Shown here: positions 47,364-57,934 of the stretch, piece by piece
Numbering within the stretch: the stretch's first letter is position 1
Layout of the letters: each line of letters begins with the position of its first letter
DNA from: Deltaproteobacteria bacterium
GTDB taxonomy: Bacteria > Desulfobacterota > Dissulfuribacteria > Dissulfuribacterales > QOAL01
DNA: 64,000 nucleotides
Assembly: GCA_015493475.1 (NCBI GenBank)
Contig: WGDC01000012.1
Location: 677-64,676 of the forward strand
Reading direction: 5' to 3'
Notes under the pieces: generated by a model
What the model was told of the DNA's origin: nothing
The model's database searches: none
The model's input: the letters and a program-made list of their open reading frames with translations, nothing else
Translations under genes and position numbers: made by a program

Positions 47364-48728
47364 TTATGACTCCTTATTTTCACTCCCACCTTCTTTATCC
47401 TGCCCAGGCTCTCTGGCCTCATCCCCCTTCCCATCACCGTCCTCGTCCCGGATGATCACGTTTTTAAGCAGAAAATCTATGGTCTGCTTGGCCCTCAGCT
47501 TGGGAAGAACAGAGTCGAACACCGCGGCCTCAAACTGCGCCTTGTCCACGTTCATGTCCTTGTAATGCTCATCGACATAATCGTTGTATTTTTTCAGCTC
47601 TTTTGTGGGAATTTCTATCTTTTCCTTGTCGGCTATTCTGTCAAGAATGAGCTCGGTCTTTACCTGGCGAACCGCATCGTCCCTCATCTTTTCGCGAAGG
47701 CGTTCCTCGTCAATCCCAGCCTGCTCGAGATTCACACCCCGCTCCTGCATGTGTCCCGCAATGTTATCAATCATCTGGTCAAGCTTTTTTTCAACAAGCC
47801 GTTCAGACACTGGAAAATCAGCACCCTCAAGCAGCTTGTCAAAAAGCTGGTTACGGAGCACGCTTTCTACCGCCTCTTTTTTCTCCTTCAGTATCTGTTC
47901 CCTCACTTTGTCCTTTAAATCGTCCATGGTTTTGAGGCCAATTCCAAAGCGCTCGGCAAACTCATCGTCAAGCTCGGGGAGGTTCCGTGTCTGGATATTC
48001 TTGAGGGTAACCTTGTACTTGACTGTCTTTCCCGCAACGAGACTGTTAAGGGCGTCCTCCGGGTAGGTAACCTCTATTTCCCGTTCCTCCCCCTTTTCCA
48101 TGCCGATAAGCCCCTTCTCCAAGGTCTCGTTGAAGTTGCCCTTGCCCACTTCCACAAAGTAGTCCTCGTTGGCAAGCTCCTGGATTTCCTCGCCGTCCAC
48201 AAAGGCCCTGTAATCGATTATGGCGATGTCCCCTTCCTGAAGGGGCCTTGGCTCGTCCACTGTCTCCACGCTGCCAAACTGCCTCCTTAGGGCCTCAAGC
48301 TGCTCCTCCACCTCTTCGTCGCTGACCTGAAAGCCTGGACGAACCAGCTCGAATTTCCGGAAGTCCGGGATCTCCACCTCCGGCTCCACATCCATAAGAA
48401 CAGAATACTCAAAGGGTTTGCCGGATTCTACTTCAGAAGAGGAATCGAGCTGCGGCTCCAGAAGCATGGTGACCTCGCTCTGCCTTATGGCCTCCCCTAT
48501 ACTCTCTTCTATAAGGGCCTGCAGAACCTCGGATTTTATCTCGGGTCCGTATTCCCTTTCCAATATGCTTCTCGGCACCCTGCCCTTCCTGAATCCCGGT
48601 ATCGCCACGCTTCTCTTCAGACGATTCACTACCTGGTTAATCTGCTCATCCACCCTATGGGCAGGTATCTCGACCTTGAGGCGCTTCTGTACCGGGCTTA
48701 CGTCTTCTACAGTAACTTTCATTTCCAT
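47364..48728 (-). CDS. tig: Trigger factor
   Basis: GFRKGRVP ribosome-binding motif, FKBP domain, canonical tig-clpP-clpX-lon order. Confidence 0.96.
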   Translation of the reverse strand: MEMKVTVEDVSPVQKRLKVEIPAHRVDEQINQVVNRLKRSVAIPGFRKGRVPRSILEREYGPEIKSEVLQALIEESIGEAIRQSEVTMLLEPQLDSSSEVESGKPFEYSVLMDVEPEVEIPDFRKFELVRPGFQVSDEEVEEQLEALRRQFGSVETVDEPRPLQEGDIAIIDYRAFVDGEEIQELANEDYFVEVGKGNFNETLEKGLIGMEKGEEREIEVTYPEDALNSLVAGKTVKYKVTLKNIQTRNLPELDDEFAERFGIGLKTMDDLKDKVREQILKEKKEAVESVLRNQLFDKLLEGADFPVSERLVEKKLDQMIDNIAGHMQERGVNLEQAGIDEERLREKMRDDAVRQVKTELILDRIADKEKIEIPTKELKKYNDYVDEHYKDMNVDKAQFEAAVFDSVLPKLRAKQTIDFLLKNVIIRDEDGDGKGDEAREPGQDKEGGSENKES

Positions 48729-48929
48729 AATCCTAAAAACCTTTCCTGATTTTTATTTCTTCTCTATCGTATGTGGCGGTTTGGTCCGTTTCGGCCCACT
48801 GATTCCAATATCGAGCCAGGTATCCCTTTGTCAAATGCTTCTAAATGGTGGGAACTCCTCGTACCAAATGCCAACTTTCTATCGAAATCCCCGAGGTTAG
48901 CGAAAAATCACTGGCAGGCACCTGTTCAT

Positions 48930-49015
48930 TGGTGCGAGAGGGGAGACTCGAACTCCCACGACCTCTGGCCACTAGATCCTAAGTCTAGCGCGTCTACCAG
49001 TTCCGCCACTCTCGC
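48930..49015 (-). tRNA. tRNA-Leu (anticodon TAG)
   Basis: Reverse complement GCGAGAGTGGCGGAACTGGTAGACGCGCTAGACTTAGGATCTAG...GGGAGTTCGAGTCTCCCCTCTCGCACCA. Acceptor stem, anticodon stem CTAGA/TCTAG, long variable arm and encoded CCA are all present. Confidence 0.97.
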
Positions 49016-49043
49016 ACTAAGTCCTGGAAAATCAGCCTGACGA

Positions 49044-49072
49044 AATTTAATAGAGGCAAAAAATGAAGTCAA
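49044..49072 (-). promoter_or_regulatory. Predicted sigma70 promoter of tRNA-Leu
   Basis: Minus strand TTGACT (49072-49067), 17 bp spacer, TAAATT (49049-49044). Confidence 0.6.
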
Positions 49073-49113
49073 TGACAAACACCGAAAGACACATTGCAAT
49101 CACAGCAGGTCCA

Positions 49114-50289
49114 TTACAGGACCAGGGCGGATATGCTGGCTCCCACCAGGACCACCCACAGAATATCGACCTTCTTGTAAAGGGCAACAAATGCCCCGAT
49201 ACCAATAACAATCGCGGGCGGAGTCCATTTCACGGCCATTGAAAAGCTGAGAAACACCGCAAGGAGCAGCCCCACAAAGGACGCGAGCACGCCCCGCATT
49301 CCCCTCTTGAAAAGAACTGCCTCTTTGAATCCTTCGAAAAAAGGTGCGGAAAACATTAGCATGAAAAGAGAAGGCGTAAATATTGCCCAGGAACACAAAA
49401 GGGCACCCTTGATACCACGAAGCAGGTAGCCAACAAAGGCGGAGGTTATGACAATGGGTCCCGGAGTAACCTGGCCAAGGGCTATGCCGTCCATAAAGAC
49501 CGTCTTGTCAAGAAGCGCCCGTTTTTCCACAATCTCATGAAGCATCAAGGGCAGGGAAGCATAGCCGCCCCCGTAAGCAAAAAAGTCTATCTTCATCATG
49601 ATGGCGCCGAGCTTAAAAAGAAAGGGATCAAACATGAAGAGAAGGGACAGCACCAGCACGCCAGTCAGGGCCACAACCCCGGCCCACATGAGCATATCGT
49701 ACGCCCCCGGCCTCTTTACAGCGTCAGAGAAACTGATCCTTTGCCCTGAGCACCCTGTTATGTTGCCATAGAGAAAAAGTCCCAAGCCGGCGCACACAAC
49801 TATGGCCACTACGGGACTTCCCTTGAAAAAGAGGTAACCAGCGGCCATGAGCATAAGAACCACGTCCTGCCATCGCCTTATCATCTTTCTTCCAAAACCA
49901 AGGGTGGCATAGGCGACAATGGCCACCACAATAACCTTCAGCCCGGCGAAACACGATACCACCATGGATATGTTGATGGCCCTTTTGTAAGCGATTGACA
50001 GAAGCACCATGAGCAGAAACGCAGGAATAGCGAAACCCGTGAACGCTGCTATGGCTCCGGCTCCTCCCCTGGCCTTCAGGCCCGCATAGGCTGCAGCCTG
50101 CATCGCCGTGGCTCCGGGTATGGTCTGTACAAGCGCAATACCATGATCGAAATCCTCCGGACTCACCCACTTGTGCTTCCTGCACGCCAGGTCCTTGATG
50201 TACCTGACCATTGCCGGTCCTCCAAAGGCGGTGAACCCGAGGCGCAAAAATGCTGCAAAAAGTGTTACAAGGCTTGGACGGTCTTCCAT
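49114..50289 (-). CDS. chrA: Chromate efflux transporter (long-chain CHR)
   Basis: Two repeats: AFGGP...QTIPGA and YGGGY...QVTPGP. Confidence 0.92.
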   Translation of the reverse strand: MEDRPSLVTLFAAFLRLGFTAFGGPAMVRYIKDLACRKHKWVSPEDFDHGIALVQTIPGATAMQAAAYAGLKARGGAGAIAAFTGFAIPAFLLMVLLSIAYKRAINISMVVSCFAGLKVIVVAIVAYATLGFGRKMIRRWQDVVLMLMAAGYLFFKGSPVVAIVVCAGLGLFLYGNITGCSGQRISFSDAVKRPGAYDMLMWAGVVALTGVLVLSLLFMFDPFLFKLGAIMMKIDFFAYGGGYASLPLMLHEIVEKRALLDKTVFMDGIALGQVTPGPIVITSAFVGYLLRGIKGALLCSWAIFTPSLFMLMFSAPFFEGFKEAVLFKRGMRGVLASFVGLLLAVFLSFSMAVKWTPPAIVIGIGAFVALYKKVDILWVVLVGASISALVL

Positions 50290-51194
50290 AGTTCCTCCAG
50301 TATCGCTGTCATTTCCATATCCTCCTCAGGAGGCCTCCCTACCGTGGTAAGATAGCCTCCCACAAGCATGGCGTCTGCTCCCGCCATAAACACAAGCGCC
50401 TGCACGTCCTTTAGTACCTTTTCTCGCCCCCCGGCGATCCTGATGGCAGCCCATGGAAGCATGATCCTCCACATAGCCACTGTCCGCAATATCTCCGTAA
50501 CGGAAAGCCTCCTTGCGTTTTCAAGTGGCGTACCCTTAATCGGGACTAGGATATTGATAGGGCACGAAACCACGCCGAGTCTCGCAAGGTCCTTAGACAG
50601 GAGATAGCGGTCCTCTTCCGTCTCCCCAAGCCCTATTATTCCGCCGGAGCACACTTCAAGTCCAACCGCCATGGCATTTTTGATAGTGCGCCGCCGCTCT
50701 TCGTAAGTATGAGTCGTGCATATCTTTGGGAAAAAACGGCTTGATGTTTCGAGGTTATGATGGTATCTCGTCAGGCCGGCGTTCTTTAAAATCATTAGGC
50801 CATCAAGGCCCATTATGCCGAGAGAGGCACAGGTTGGGATTCCCACCTCTTTCCCAATGGCCTGAACGTAGCACGCGATCCTCTCAATTAACCCCGGTGC
50901 CGGGCCCTTGCCGCTTATGACCATGCTGAATCTCTTGGCGCCTGTCCTTTTTGCAGTCTCTGCCTCCCGCAAGATATCGTCCATGGCTCTCAGCCCATAA
51001 AGCGGCGCATTCGTGTCAAAATGGAGACTCTGGGCGCAAAAGGCGCAATCCTCGCTGCAAGCACCGCTTTTTGCATTAGTGATGGTGCAAAGGCCCATCC
51101 TTACGCCCCGGTTCTTCAGCTTAAGCGATAGTGCCCTGTCCATGAGCGCCTTCAGTGACATGCTCCTGATGAATTCATAGGAAGGCGGTTTCAC
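50265..51194 (-). CDS. bioB: Biotin synthase
   Basis: KSGACSEDCAFCAQS radical-SAM motif, YHHNLETS, CSGGIIGLGE, GGYLTT. Confidence 0.94.
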   Translation of the reverse strand: MKPPSYEFIRSMSLKALMDRALSLKLKNRGVRMGLCTITNAKSGACSEDCAFCAQSLHFDTNAPLYGLRAMDDILREAETAKRTGAKRFSMVISGKGPAPGLIERIACYVQAIGKEVGIPTCASLGIMGLDGLMILKNAGLTRYHHNLETSSRFFPKICTTHTYEERRRTIKNAMAVGLEVCSGGIIGLGETEEDRYLLSKDLARLGVVSCPINILVPIKGTPLENARRLSVTEILRTVAMWRIMLPWAAIRIAGGREKVLKDVQALVFMAGADAMLVGGYLTTVGRPPEEDMEMTAILEELWKTVQAL

Positions 51195-51197
51195 GAA

Positions 51198-52601
51198 TCA
51201 GTACCCTATCATGGACGCAACCTGCCTGATGGTGTCTGCCGTGCGATCTAGGAGCCGTGAAATCTGCTCCGTAGTAGTGCAAAGGGGCAGGAACAAGTAT
51301 ATCACATCGGACAATGGCCTGAGTATTAGGCCCCTTTCAAGCCCCTTAAGGTATACCTGCCACCCTGCCCTTAACCCGGGATCAAGGGGCGTCCTCTTTT
51401 TCCTGTCTCCAACGAGTTCAAAGGCGGCCACCATGCCTATGCCCCGGACGTCCCCTACCAGTGGAACGTCAAGCAGCCTCTTCTTTTCCTCTTGCAGAAA
51501 TTCCACCTTCCTGGGGAGACTTTGGAGGACCTTTTCCTTTTCAAAAACATCGAGGCTTCCAAGGGCGGCGGCACTGCAGATTGGATTGGCGGTGAAAGTG
51601 TGGCCGTGGAAAAAGGTCTTACCCTCTGTATATTCAGCGTAAAATGCACGGAACACATCCCTTGAAGTAACAGTAACAGCGAGTGGAAGGGCGCCACCGG
51701 TTATTCCCTTTGAAAGGCAAAGAAAATCAGGAGCCACTCCGGCATGTTCAAAGGCGAACATTTTACCTGTCCTTCCAAAGCCAGTCGCCACTTCGTCAAA
51801 TACGAGGTGTGCCCCGACACGGTCGCAAAGCCCTCTTAACCGCACAAGGTATTCCTCCGGGTAAACAACCATGCCCCCAGCGCCCATTAGAAGAGGTTCC
51901 ACAACCACTGCACACACCTTTCTGGCATGTTGCCTGACATTGCGCTCGAGGATGTCAAAGCATTCAAGGTTACACCTTCTTCCAAGTACAGGATCGTACC
52001 TTTCCTGGCCTGCCGGGCAGCGGTAACAGTAAGGAGCAGGAACCCGAAGGGAGTCAAAGGTAAGTTTTGAAAATGGCCCTTCAAAGGCTGGAACTCCCCC
52101 AAGGCTCATGGTTCCAAGGGTGTCGCCATGGTAACCCCTTTCGAGAGATACAAAGAGCTCCCTACCATCTACCGCCAAGTTTTTCCAGTACTGGAAGGAC
52201 ATTTTGAGGGCCACCTCAACAGCGGTTGAGCCGTTGTCTGAGAAAAAAAACTTAGAGAGTCTGCCAGGCAAGAGGGCTTTCAGCCTTCTCGCGAGCTCTA
52301 TGGGCCCCCTGTGTGTGGTTCCGGCAAAATGAACCTGGTCAAGTCTCTCGAGCTGACGCCTGATGCGCTCCATTATTACCGGATGGTTATGGCCATGGGT
52401 TATGCACCACCAGGAAGATATGGTGTCAAAATATCTCTTACCGTCAAGGTCATATAGATAGACCCCGCGCGCCCTGTCCACAAACAGAAGGGACATGGCC
52501 TCAAAATCCTTCATCTGGGTATATGGATGCCAGATAAGTTCCCGGTCCGTTTCCGGCAGATGCCTGATATCCATATTCCGAGTTGATGCGTCTTTGCTCA
52601 T
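51198..52601 (-). CDS. bioA: Adenosylmethionine-8-amino-7-oxononanoate aminotransferase
   Basis: WHPYTQM, ISSWW...HGH, GSTAVEVALK, YHGDT, DEVATGFGRTG, SKGITGG, HGHTF. ATG 52601 overlaps the upstream TAA. Confidence 0.94.
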   Translation of the reverse strand: MSKDASTRNMDIRHLPETDRELIWHPYTQMKDFEAMSLLFVDRARGVYLYDLDGKRYFDTISSWWCITHGHNHPVIMERIRRQLERLDQVHFAGTTHRGPIELARRLKALLPGRLSKFFFSDNGSTAVEVALKMSFQYWKNLAVDGRELFVSLERGYHGDTLGTMSLGGVPAFEGPFSKLTFDSLRVPAPYCYRCPAGQERYDPVLGRRCNLECFDILERNVRQHARKVCAVVVEPLLMGAGGMVVYPEEYLVRLRGLCDRVGAHLVFDEVATGFGRTGKMFAFEHAGVAPDFLCLSKGITGGALPLAVTVTSRDVFRAFYAEYTEGKTFFHGHTFTANPICSAAALGSLDVFEKEKVLQSLPRKVEFLQEEKKRLLDVPLVGDVRGIGMVAAFELVGDRKKRTPLDPGLRAGWQVYLKGLERGLILRPLSDVIYLFLPLCTTTEQISRLLDRTADTIRQVASMIGY

Positions 52602-55600
52602 TACGCCTCCGGTCCCCCCATGGTCTCTATCCTTACTCCATGCCCCTCTTCCTTTAGAAGCTCCGCTACCTGGGGATGGCACGTAAAAAAGAGGACTTGC
52701 CTTTCCATGGATAGCTCTGCGGCCGCCCGTGCGGCAAGCCTCATCCTGCCGGGGTCAAAATTCACGAAAATGTCATCCATGAGTACAGGGATCCGCTCGC
52801 CCTCGGGCTCACAGGTCGATATTACACCGAACCTGAGGCACAGGTAAAGCTGCTCCGCTGTGCCCCGGCTCAGTCTTGCCGGCCCGAGACGTCTTCCTTC
52901 CCTGCTTATCACCACGAAACCTTCGTCCGGATCTGGAATAATCCGCCAATACCTGTCTCCTGTTATCTTTTTAAGGTGCCTTGACGCCTTGGCAAGAACC
53001 CTGGGCTGGTTTTCCTGTTCAAACCGCTGGCGCGCCATGTCGAGAAGCCCCTTGGCTATGCTTAGTTCGGCCCACCTTTCTGAAAGCCGTTTGAGCCTTG
53101 CAACAAGGACCTCTTTTTCCAGCAGAAGCTCCTCGTGCTCCCTGGAACCTACAAGGTTTTTCATTGCCTCCATAGCCTCGGCCCGCTCCCTGTACAACCT
53201 ATCGCGCCTTTGAAGCATCTCCTTTTTTTTCGCGGATAAAACCTCTATTTCCGCATCAAGTTCGGGGATGGAACGTTGTGAAAAAAGGGGAGAGAGAGAC
53301 TCCATGGATGCCCGCACACCAAACCTTGAGGAAAGCGCTAGTAGCTCGCTGTTGAACTCTTCCTCAAGGTCCGAAAGCAAAAGCCCTTCCTCCACCTTTT
53401 TTTCAAACCCCTCAACACTCGGGACATTGAACGTGTCGAGTATTTCGGCAAGCTCACCCTCGGCCTCTTCCAAGATACGCTCCAGCTGACCCATCTCCTC
53501 CACAACAAGCCGGCTCTTGGTATTGAGCACCCTGCAACTTGCCTGTTTTTCCGACTCTTCTTCGTACAGCTTAACGAGAAAATCAACTGCCGGCACAAGG
53601 CCATCAAAGGCATAATCCACCCTCGCCGCCTCAATTAAAAGCCGAACCGCCCTCGCCGCCTCGTCCGTCTCACGAACGAGCCCATCAATGACCTTTACCA
53701 TACGGGCCATTTTCACAGACATCTCTTTCAGCCTTTCAATGCGGGAAAAAAGACCATCTATAGCAAGCGCCTCTTCCTCAACATATTGTCCAAGGCCAAG
53801 AGCCTCGAGAAAATTGCTCCACTCATCCATCAGATGCTCTGCCTTGCCGTAAGTTTCCTCGAGGCAGCGATCTATCTCTCCTATCCTGGCCTCGCACGTC
53901 TCGATGCGGGCCTCAACCCCTGCCAAACGGCTCTTTTGTGATTCAAGTTCCCGGATACCCTTTTCTGTCTCGCCAACCTTCTGGCGTATTTCAAAAAGCA
54001 GCCGTCCTCTATCCCGACTCTCGTCTATTTTTTTGATCCCCAACCGTTCACAAAGCGTATTGAGCAATTCCTTGAGCCTGCGCCTGTTTCTCGAATCCTC
54101 GTCCGCTACATCCCTCAGCTCGTCTACCCTGGAAAAGAGTTCCAAAAGTTCCAAAGAAATATCACCAAGGGACTCTATTTCCGGCCCCTTAACCATGCCT
54201 GCCGACTTTTTGAGCTCATTCCAGGCCCTTTTTATACCCTCACGTCTCTCTTCCTGGCATTCTATTTCCTTCCTGATGGACGCAACATCCTTCCTTTTCC
54301 TCTCAATATCCTGGGAAATGCGTCCGATCTCCGCCTCAAGCTGCCTTTTTTCCTTCCAAAGGGATAGGTAGTGCTCGTTCTGTTCCATAACCCTGCTGAA
54401 CGCAGCCACAACTTCATCTTCTGGCTCATCAAGCAGCCCGGAAAGCCTCGCCAAGTTTTCATTGATCTTCGAAAGCTCTTTCTTTCTGAACGCGAGCTCT
54501 CTCCTCATGGCCTCGAGTTTTTCCATGTTCTCCTGCCTTCGTAGCTCAATCTGGCCTTTTTTCCTTTTAGCGTAGACCTGTACCAGGAAAGTAATGGAAA
54601 GGGCAAGAATACCGGCTATCGCAAGCGCCTCATCGGGTATGCCCTTAAAAATAGGGAAAAAGATGGAGCCTGCACCAGCAAGGCATAGAGGGTACAAGAA
54701 CCAGCATGCCTTGACGAGCCCGTTCAGTAAGACCCCCCTTTTTTTCATTTGCCTTATTTTCAAAGCCAAACTGCGCTCTTCAAGGCCGAGTGAGGAGAGG
54801 GCATACTCGAGCCGGGACCTCTCGGGAAGGCTTATTGAAAGTGTCTTTACAAGGGCTGATACCTCGAGGATGGTCCCCTTCAGCCGGCCGAGCTCCCCTT
54901 CTATGCTTGATACCCGTTCCACCCTGGCCTTCAACCCTTCTTCCATCTGGCGCAATTCGTTGCTGCCATGACTGTACTGGATGGAAAGAATCTCTATCCG
55001 CTTAATAGTGTCCCTAAAATCATCAATGAGGGATAGCGCCTCTTTCGCAAAGGATTCAAGGTCCAAAGAAAGCAAATCTTCCGGCCCAAGACCGAGTCCA
55101 TTGGCCCGTGAAGAAATCCATCTCGATAGCTCGCCCTTCATTTCATTTATCCTTGACAGCCGGCGGGCCACACCCTCCGCCTCGGATAGAACGTCCTTTA
55201 AATCTTGAAGCTGGACTTCATCCGTTACTATCAGGCTGTTTTCAATAGCCTCGAGGCCGTTACGAATACCATTAGCTTCTCTTACCGTCTCCTGGAGATC
55301 CCCCCTCCTTACCTTCCTTTCTTCCTTTAGAATAGTCTTCTCCTGCTCAATTTGCTGGAACCTTCTTTCAAACCTGTTCAGGGCAGCCCTTTGGCCAAAA
55401 CCAATGTCGATACGATGAAGGCGTTCGCGGCTCCACCCTGATCCAAGGACCTCTATACCGGACGAAAACCGCGTTTGGAGATCATCGAGTTCCTGTTTCT
55501 TTCTCGCTATTTCCTGCTCAAGAGACAGAAAGTGATCCCTTTTCGCCAGGAGACCCTGAATATCGGCCTTTTTATCAAGGATATCCGGCCTGAATCTGTT

Positions 55601-56545
55601 TTCTTCAAGCCTGGAACGGATCCCTGCAAGTTCCTGTCTCCTTGCATCAAGTTGCGTCTCTGCCTTTTTTATCCTCTTTAGTATCTCCCTGGCGTGCCAC
55701 AGCTCCTGCTCGGAAGGAATATTGTCCTCGAGCCTGTCCCTGAGCCCTTTTATTCTCGCATCGAGGCTACAAATGGAGACATAACCATTCCAGGACCCTC
55801 GTATCAGCTTGAGTTTTCCGAGGTCCCGGTCAATGCGGCTTATCCGGGAGTCTATGATCGGAAGCTCCCTGTCTGAATCTCTGATTGCATGACCAAGGCG
55901 TCTATACTCGTCGATATGCCCTCTTGCAACTCGCAGCCTTGATTTGACCTCTTCAATCCTGTCAAGGATCCTGTTTATCTCCTGTCTCTTGCCCGCTGGT
56001 CTGAAAAGGGCCGACAAATCACGGTTCAGTCTCTTCATTGCAAGTGGTACGGCTAGCAATGATGTTCCGAAACCGGCCCCGTAAATGGCGTCCTTGATTT
56101 CGCCGCCTCCCAGGCTTTCAAGGCCCTGAAGCTCTTCCAAGCTAAAACCGAAAACATTCTCATACAATATTTTGGTAACACTCCCGAAAAGTCCCTTAAG
56201 GTAAGAGGCCGGTAGGGCCTCCCCATCCTCTGAATATATCCTCGTTAACGATCGCTGACTTCGGCTTCCGTCAAAACGCCTCCTTCTTTCTATGGTAACC
56301 ACTTTGCCACCATCGGACTCAATTGTGAGCCGCCCTCCGTACGTTCCTGGGCATAGCGGCTCATAAGCCCGTTGATTTCTCCGTCGATCCGGAAAACCGA
56401 AAAACATTGCGCGAATAAATGACAAGGTTGTGGACTTCCCTGCCTCGTTACCGCCGAGAAAAACGGTAAGCCCTGGACCCAAAGGACCGAGCCTCATCTT
56501 TTCAAGGCTGCCAAAGGCATCTATATCGATCTGCCTTATCTTCAT
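52601..56545 (-). CDS. YhaN-like SMC/SbcC-type ATPase (AAA_27) with a long coiled coil and central TM segments
   Basis: GGNEAGKST Walker A, long coiled coil, two central hydrophobic helices, LSRGTAEQLYL signature, MDDIFVNFD Walker B, FTCH. Confidence 0.88.
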   Translation of the reverse strand: MKIRQIDIDAFGSLEKMRLGPLGPGLTVFLGGNEAGKSTTLSFIRAMFFGFPDRRRNQRAYEPLCPGTYGGRLTIESDGGKVVTIERRRRFDGSRSQRSLTRIYSEDGEALPASYLKGLFGSVTKILYENVFGFSLEELQGLESLGGGEIKDAIYGAGFGTSLLAVPLAMKRLNRDLSALFRPAGKRQEINRILDRIEEVKSRLRVARGHIDEYRRLGHAIRDSDRELPIIDSRISRIDRDLGKLKLIRGSWNGYVSICSLDARIKGLRDRLEDNIPSEQELWHAREILKRIKKAETQLDARRQELAGIRSRLEENRFRPDILDKKADIQGLLAKRDHFLSLEQEIARKKQELDDLQTRFSSGIEVLGSGWSRERLHRIDIGFGQRAALNRFERRFQQIEQEKTILKEERKVRRGDLQETVREANGIRNGLEAIENSLIVTDEVQLQDLKDVLSEAEGVARRLSRINEMKGELSRWISSRANGLGLGPEDLLSLDLESFAKEALSLIDDFRDTIKRIEILSIQYSHGSNELRQMEEGLKARVERVSSIEGELGRLKGTILEVSALVKTLSISLPERSRLEYALSSLGLEERSLALKIRQMKKRGVLLNGLVKACWFLYPLCLAGAGSIFFPIFKGIPDEALAIAGILALSITFLVQVYAKRKKGQIELRRQENMEKLEAMRRELAFRKKELSKINENLARLSGLLDEPEDEVVAAFSRVMEQNEHYLSLWKEKRQLEAEIGRISQDIERKRKDVASIRKEIECQEERREGIKRAWNELKKSAGMVKGPEIESLGDISLELLELFSRVDELRDVADEDSRNRRRLKELLNTLCERLGIKKIDESRDRGRLLFEIRQKVGETEKGIRELESQKSRLAGVEARIETCEARIGEIDRCLEETYGKAEHLMDEWSNFLEALGLGQYVEEEALAIDGLFSRIERLKEMSVKMARMVKVIDGLVRETDEAARAVRLLIEAARVDYAFDGLVPAVDFLVKLYEEESEKQASCRVLNTKSRLVVEEMGQLERILEEAEGELAEILDTFNVPSVEGFEKKVEEGLLLSDLEEEFNSELLALSSRFGVRASMESLSPLFSQRSIPELDAEIEVLSAKKKEMLQRRDRLYRERAEAMEAMKNLVGSREHEELLLEKEVLVARLKRLSERWAELSIAKGLLDMARQRFEQENQPRVLAKASRHLKKITGDRYWRIIPDPDEGFVVISREGRRLGPARLSRGTAEQLYLCLRFGVISTCEPEGERIPVLMDDIFVNFDPGRMRLAARAAAELSMERQVLFFTCHPQVAELLKEEGHGVRIETMGGPEA

Positions 56546-57807
56546 TTTTCAGGATGTTCCAGGAAATGAATGAGAAGATGCTTAGCGCTACGGATGAGCT
56601 GACGAATCTCGCCTTGCGAAAACTTCAATCCGAGCTTCCTGATTCGCCTGTCCCGAAAAAGCTGGGACAACGCTCCCCCCTCGCCCGACAGAGAGACAAA
56701 ATCACTTTGGAGGTTTTCGGCCTCGGAAAGGACATAGGCGGCAAGGTCCCCGGCCTCTTGGCGCTTTTCCATGTCCATTGCAGGATACGAGCAGTTCCTA
56801 ATGCCTTCGACTAATATGAGCTGGCCTGCGTCATAAAACTCAGCGTTGAGCTCATCCACCATCTCTTCCAAGGTTTCATCCGTGGAGATATCTTCAAAAA
56901 AGGCGCAGACGCCCTCAAGCCTGAACCTGCAAATCAGCCCACGGGGATGCGCCCTGTCTATAAGTCTTTTGGCGACCTGGTAAAGCCTGTCTTGGAGTTC
57001 GGATACATCAGGGATTCCGGTCACATCCACTGTTGCCTCCTCCCACACAGCCATGCCTGTTTCGAGGAATGTCAGCTTTACCTTGTGGTCCTCGTTTACC
57101 TCAACGAGGTAACAGCCCCTTTCGCCCAGTTCCTTGAAACTCCGGCCCTGTATATTGCCAGGATATATAACAACGGGATCCTCTGAAAGCTGCGCCTTCT
57201 TGTGTACGTGTCCAAGGGCCCAATAATCGACAGATCGTTCCTTCAAGTCAGACATGACACAAGGGGCATAAGGCTCATGATCCCCTTGCTGCCCTACGGT
57301 GCAATGAAGGAGGACTATCCTGAAGGCATCATCAGGCCCAGGGGGCACAAGCCTTGACAGGTTCCTGTATTCCGCCCTCTGTCCAAAGCTCATTCCCCAA
57401 ATGGCAACGGCTATTCCACCACTCCTTGTGTTAAAGCGGCGCCATTGTGACGCCTCGGTGGGGAAAGCCACCACGTTTTCCGGAAACCTGAAGGTTCCGG
57501 ACACTCCTTCTGCGGGATCGTGGTTTCCATGCACGATGAAGACACCTATATCATGTTCCCTGAGCCTTCTGAAGCCCCTTTCCATGTGAAGAAACGGTCT
57601 CAGGTTCCTGTCTTCGATGTCTACGAGATCGCCGCAAAGAAGAAGAAAATCCACATCCTTATTGACGGCATATTCCACCATCGCGTCGAAGGCCCTGTAA
57701 GTGGATTCCCGGAGTATGGCCGCAGCCTCCTCGTTGAGCCTTGCGAGGCCCCTGAAAGGTGTTCCGATGTGCAAATCAGCGGCGTGAATAAAACGGAATG
57801 TCTTCAT
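56542..57807 (-). CDS. YhaO-like SbcD/Mre11 metallophosphoesterase nuclease
   Basis: HAADLH, GD, GNHD, DYWALGHVH, YPGNIQGR; ATGA-coupled to the yhaN-like gene. Confidence 0.92.
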   Translation of the reverse strand: MKTFRFIHAADLHIGTPFRGLARLNEEAAAILRESTYRAFDAMVEYAVNKDVDFLLLCGDLVDIEDRNLRPFLHMERGFRRLREHDIGVFIVHGNHDPAEGVSGTFRFPENVVAFPTEASQWRRFNTRSGGIAVAIWGMSFGQRAEYRNLSRLVPPGPDDAFRIVLLHCTVGQQGDHEPYAPCVMSDLKERSVDYWALGHVHKKAQLSEDPVVIYPGNIQGRSFKELGERGCYLVEVNEDHKVKLTFLETGMAVWEEATVDVTGIPDVSELQDRLYQVAKRLIDRAHPRGLICRFRLEGVCAFFEDISTDETLEEMVDELNAEFYDAGQLILVEGIRNCSYPAMDMEKRQEAGDLAAYVLSEAENLQSDFVSLSGEGGALSQLFRDRRIRKLGLKFSQGEIRQLIRSAKHLLIHFLEHPEK

Positions 57808-57934
57808 TTAAATAGTCCAACCACCTGATAAGGTGCTTGCCCTTGAAACCCGAACTAACTATAACGAGGCATGAGGCCTTAACATAACACAAATATTCGA
57901 TATAAGCCCGCACAACTATTGGAAAGTAAACAAA

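Noticed and set aside
48729-49113. tRNA-Leu as an integration site for a genomic island
   Set aside because: No integrase and no duplicated tRNA 3' end seen; tRNA-Leu next to tig is ordinary backbone synteny.
57877-57904. dif-like site (minus strand TTATGTTAAGG resembling the XerD arm)
   Set aside because: The XerC arm does not fit the 11-6-11 layout, and the sequence sits in an AT-rich divergent promoter region where chance matches are likely.
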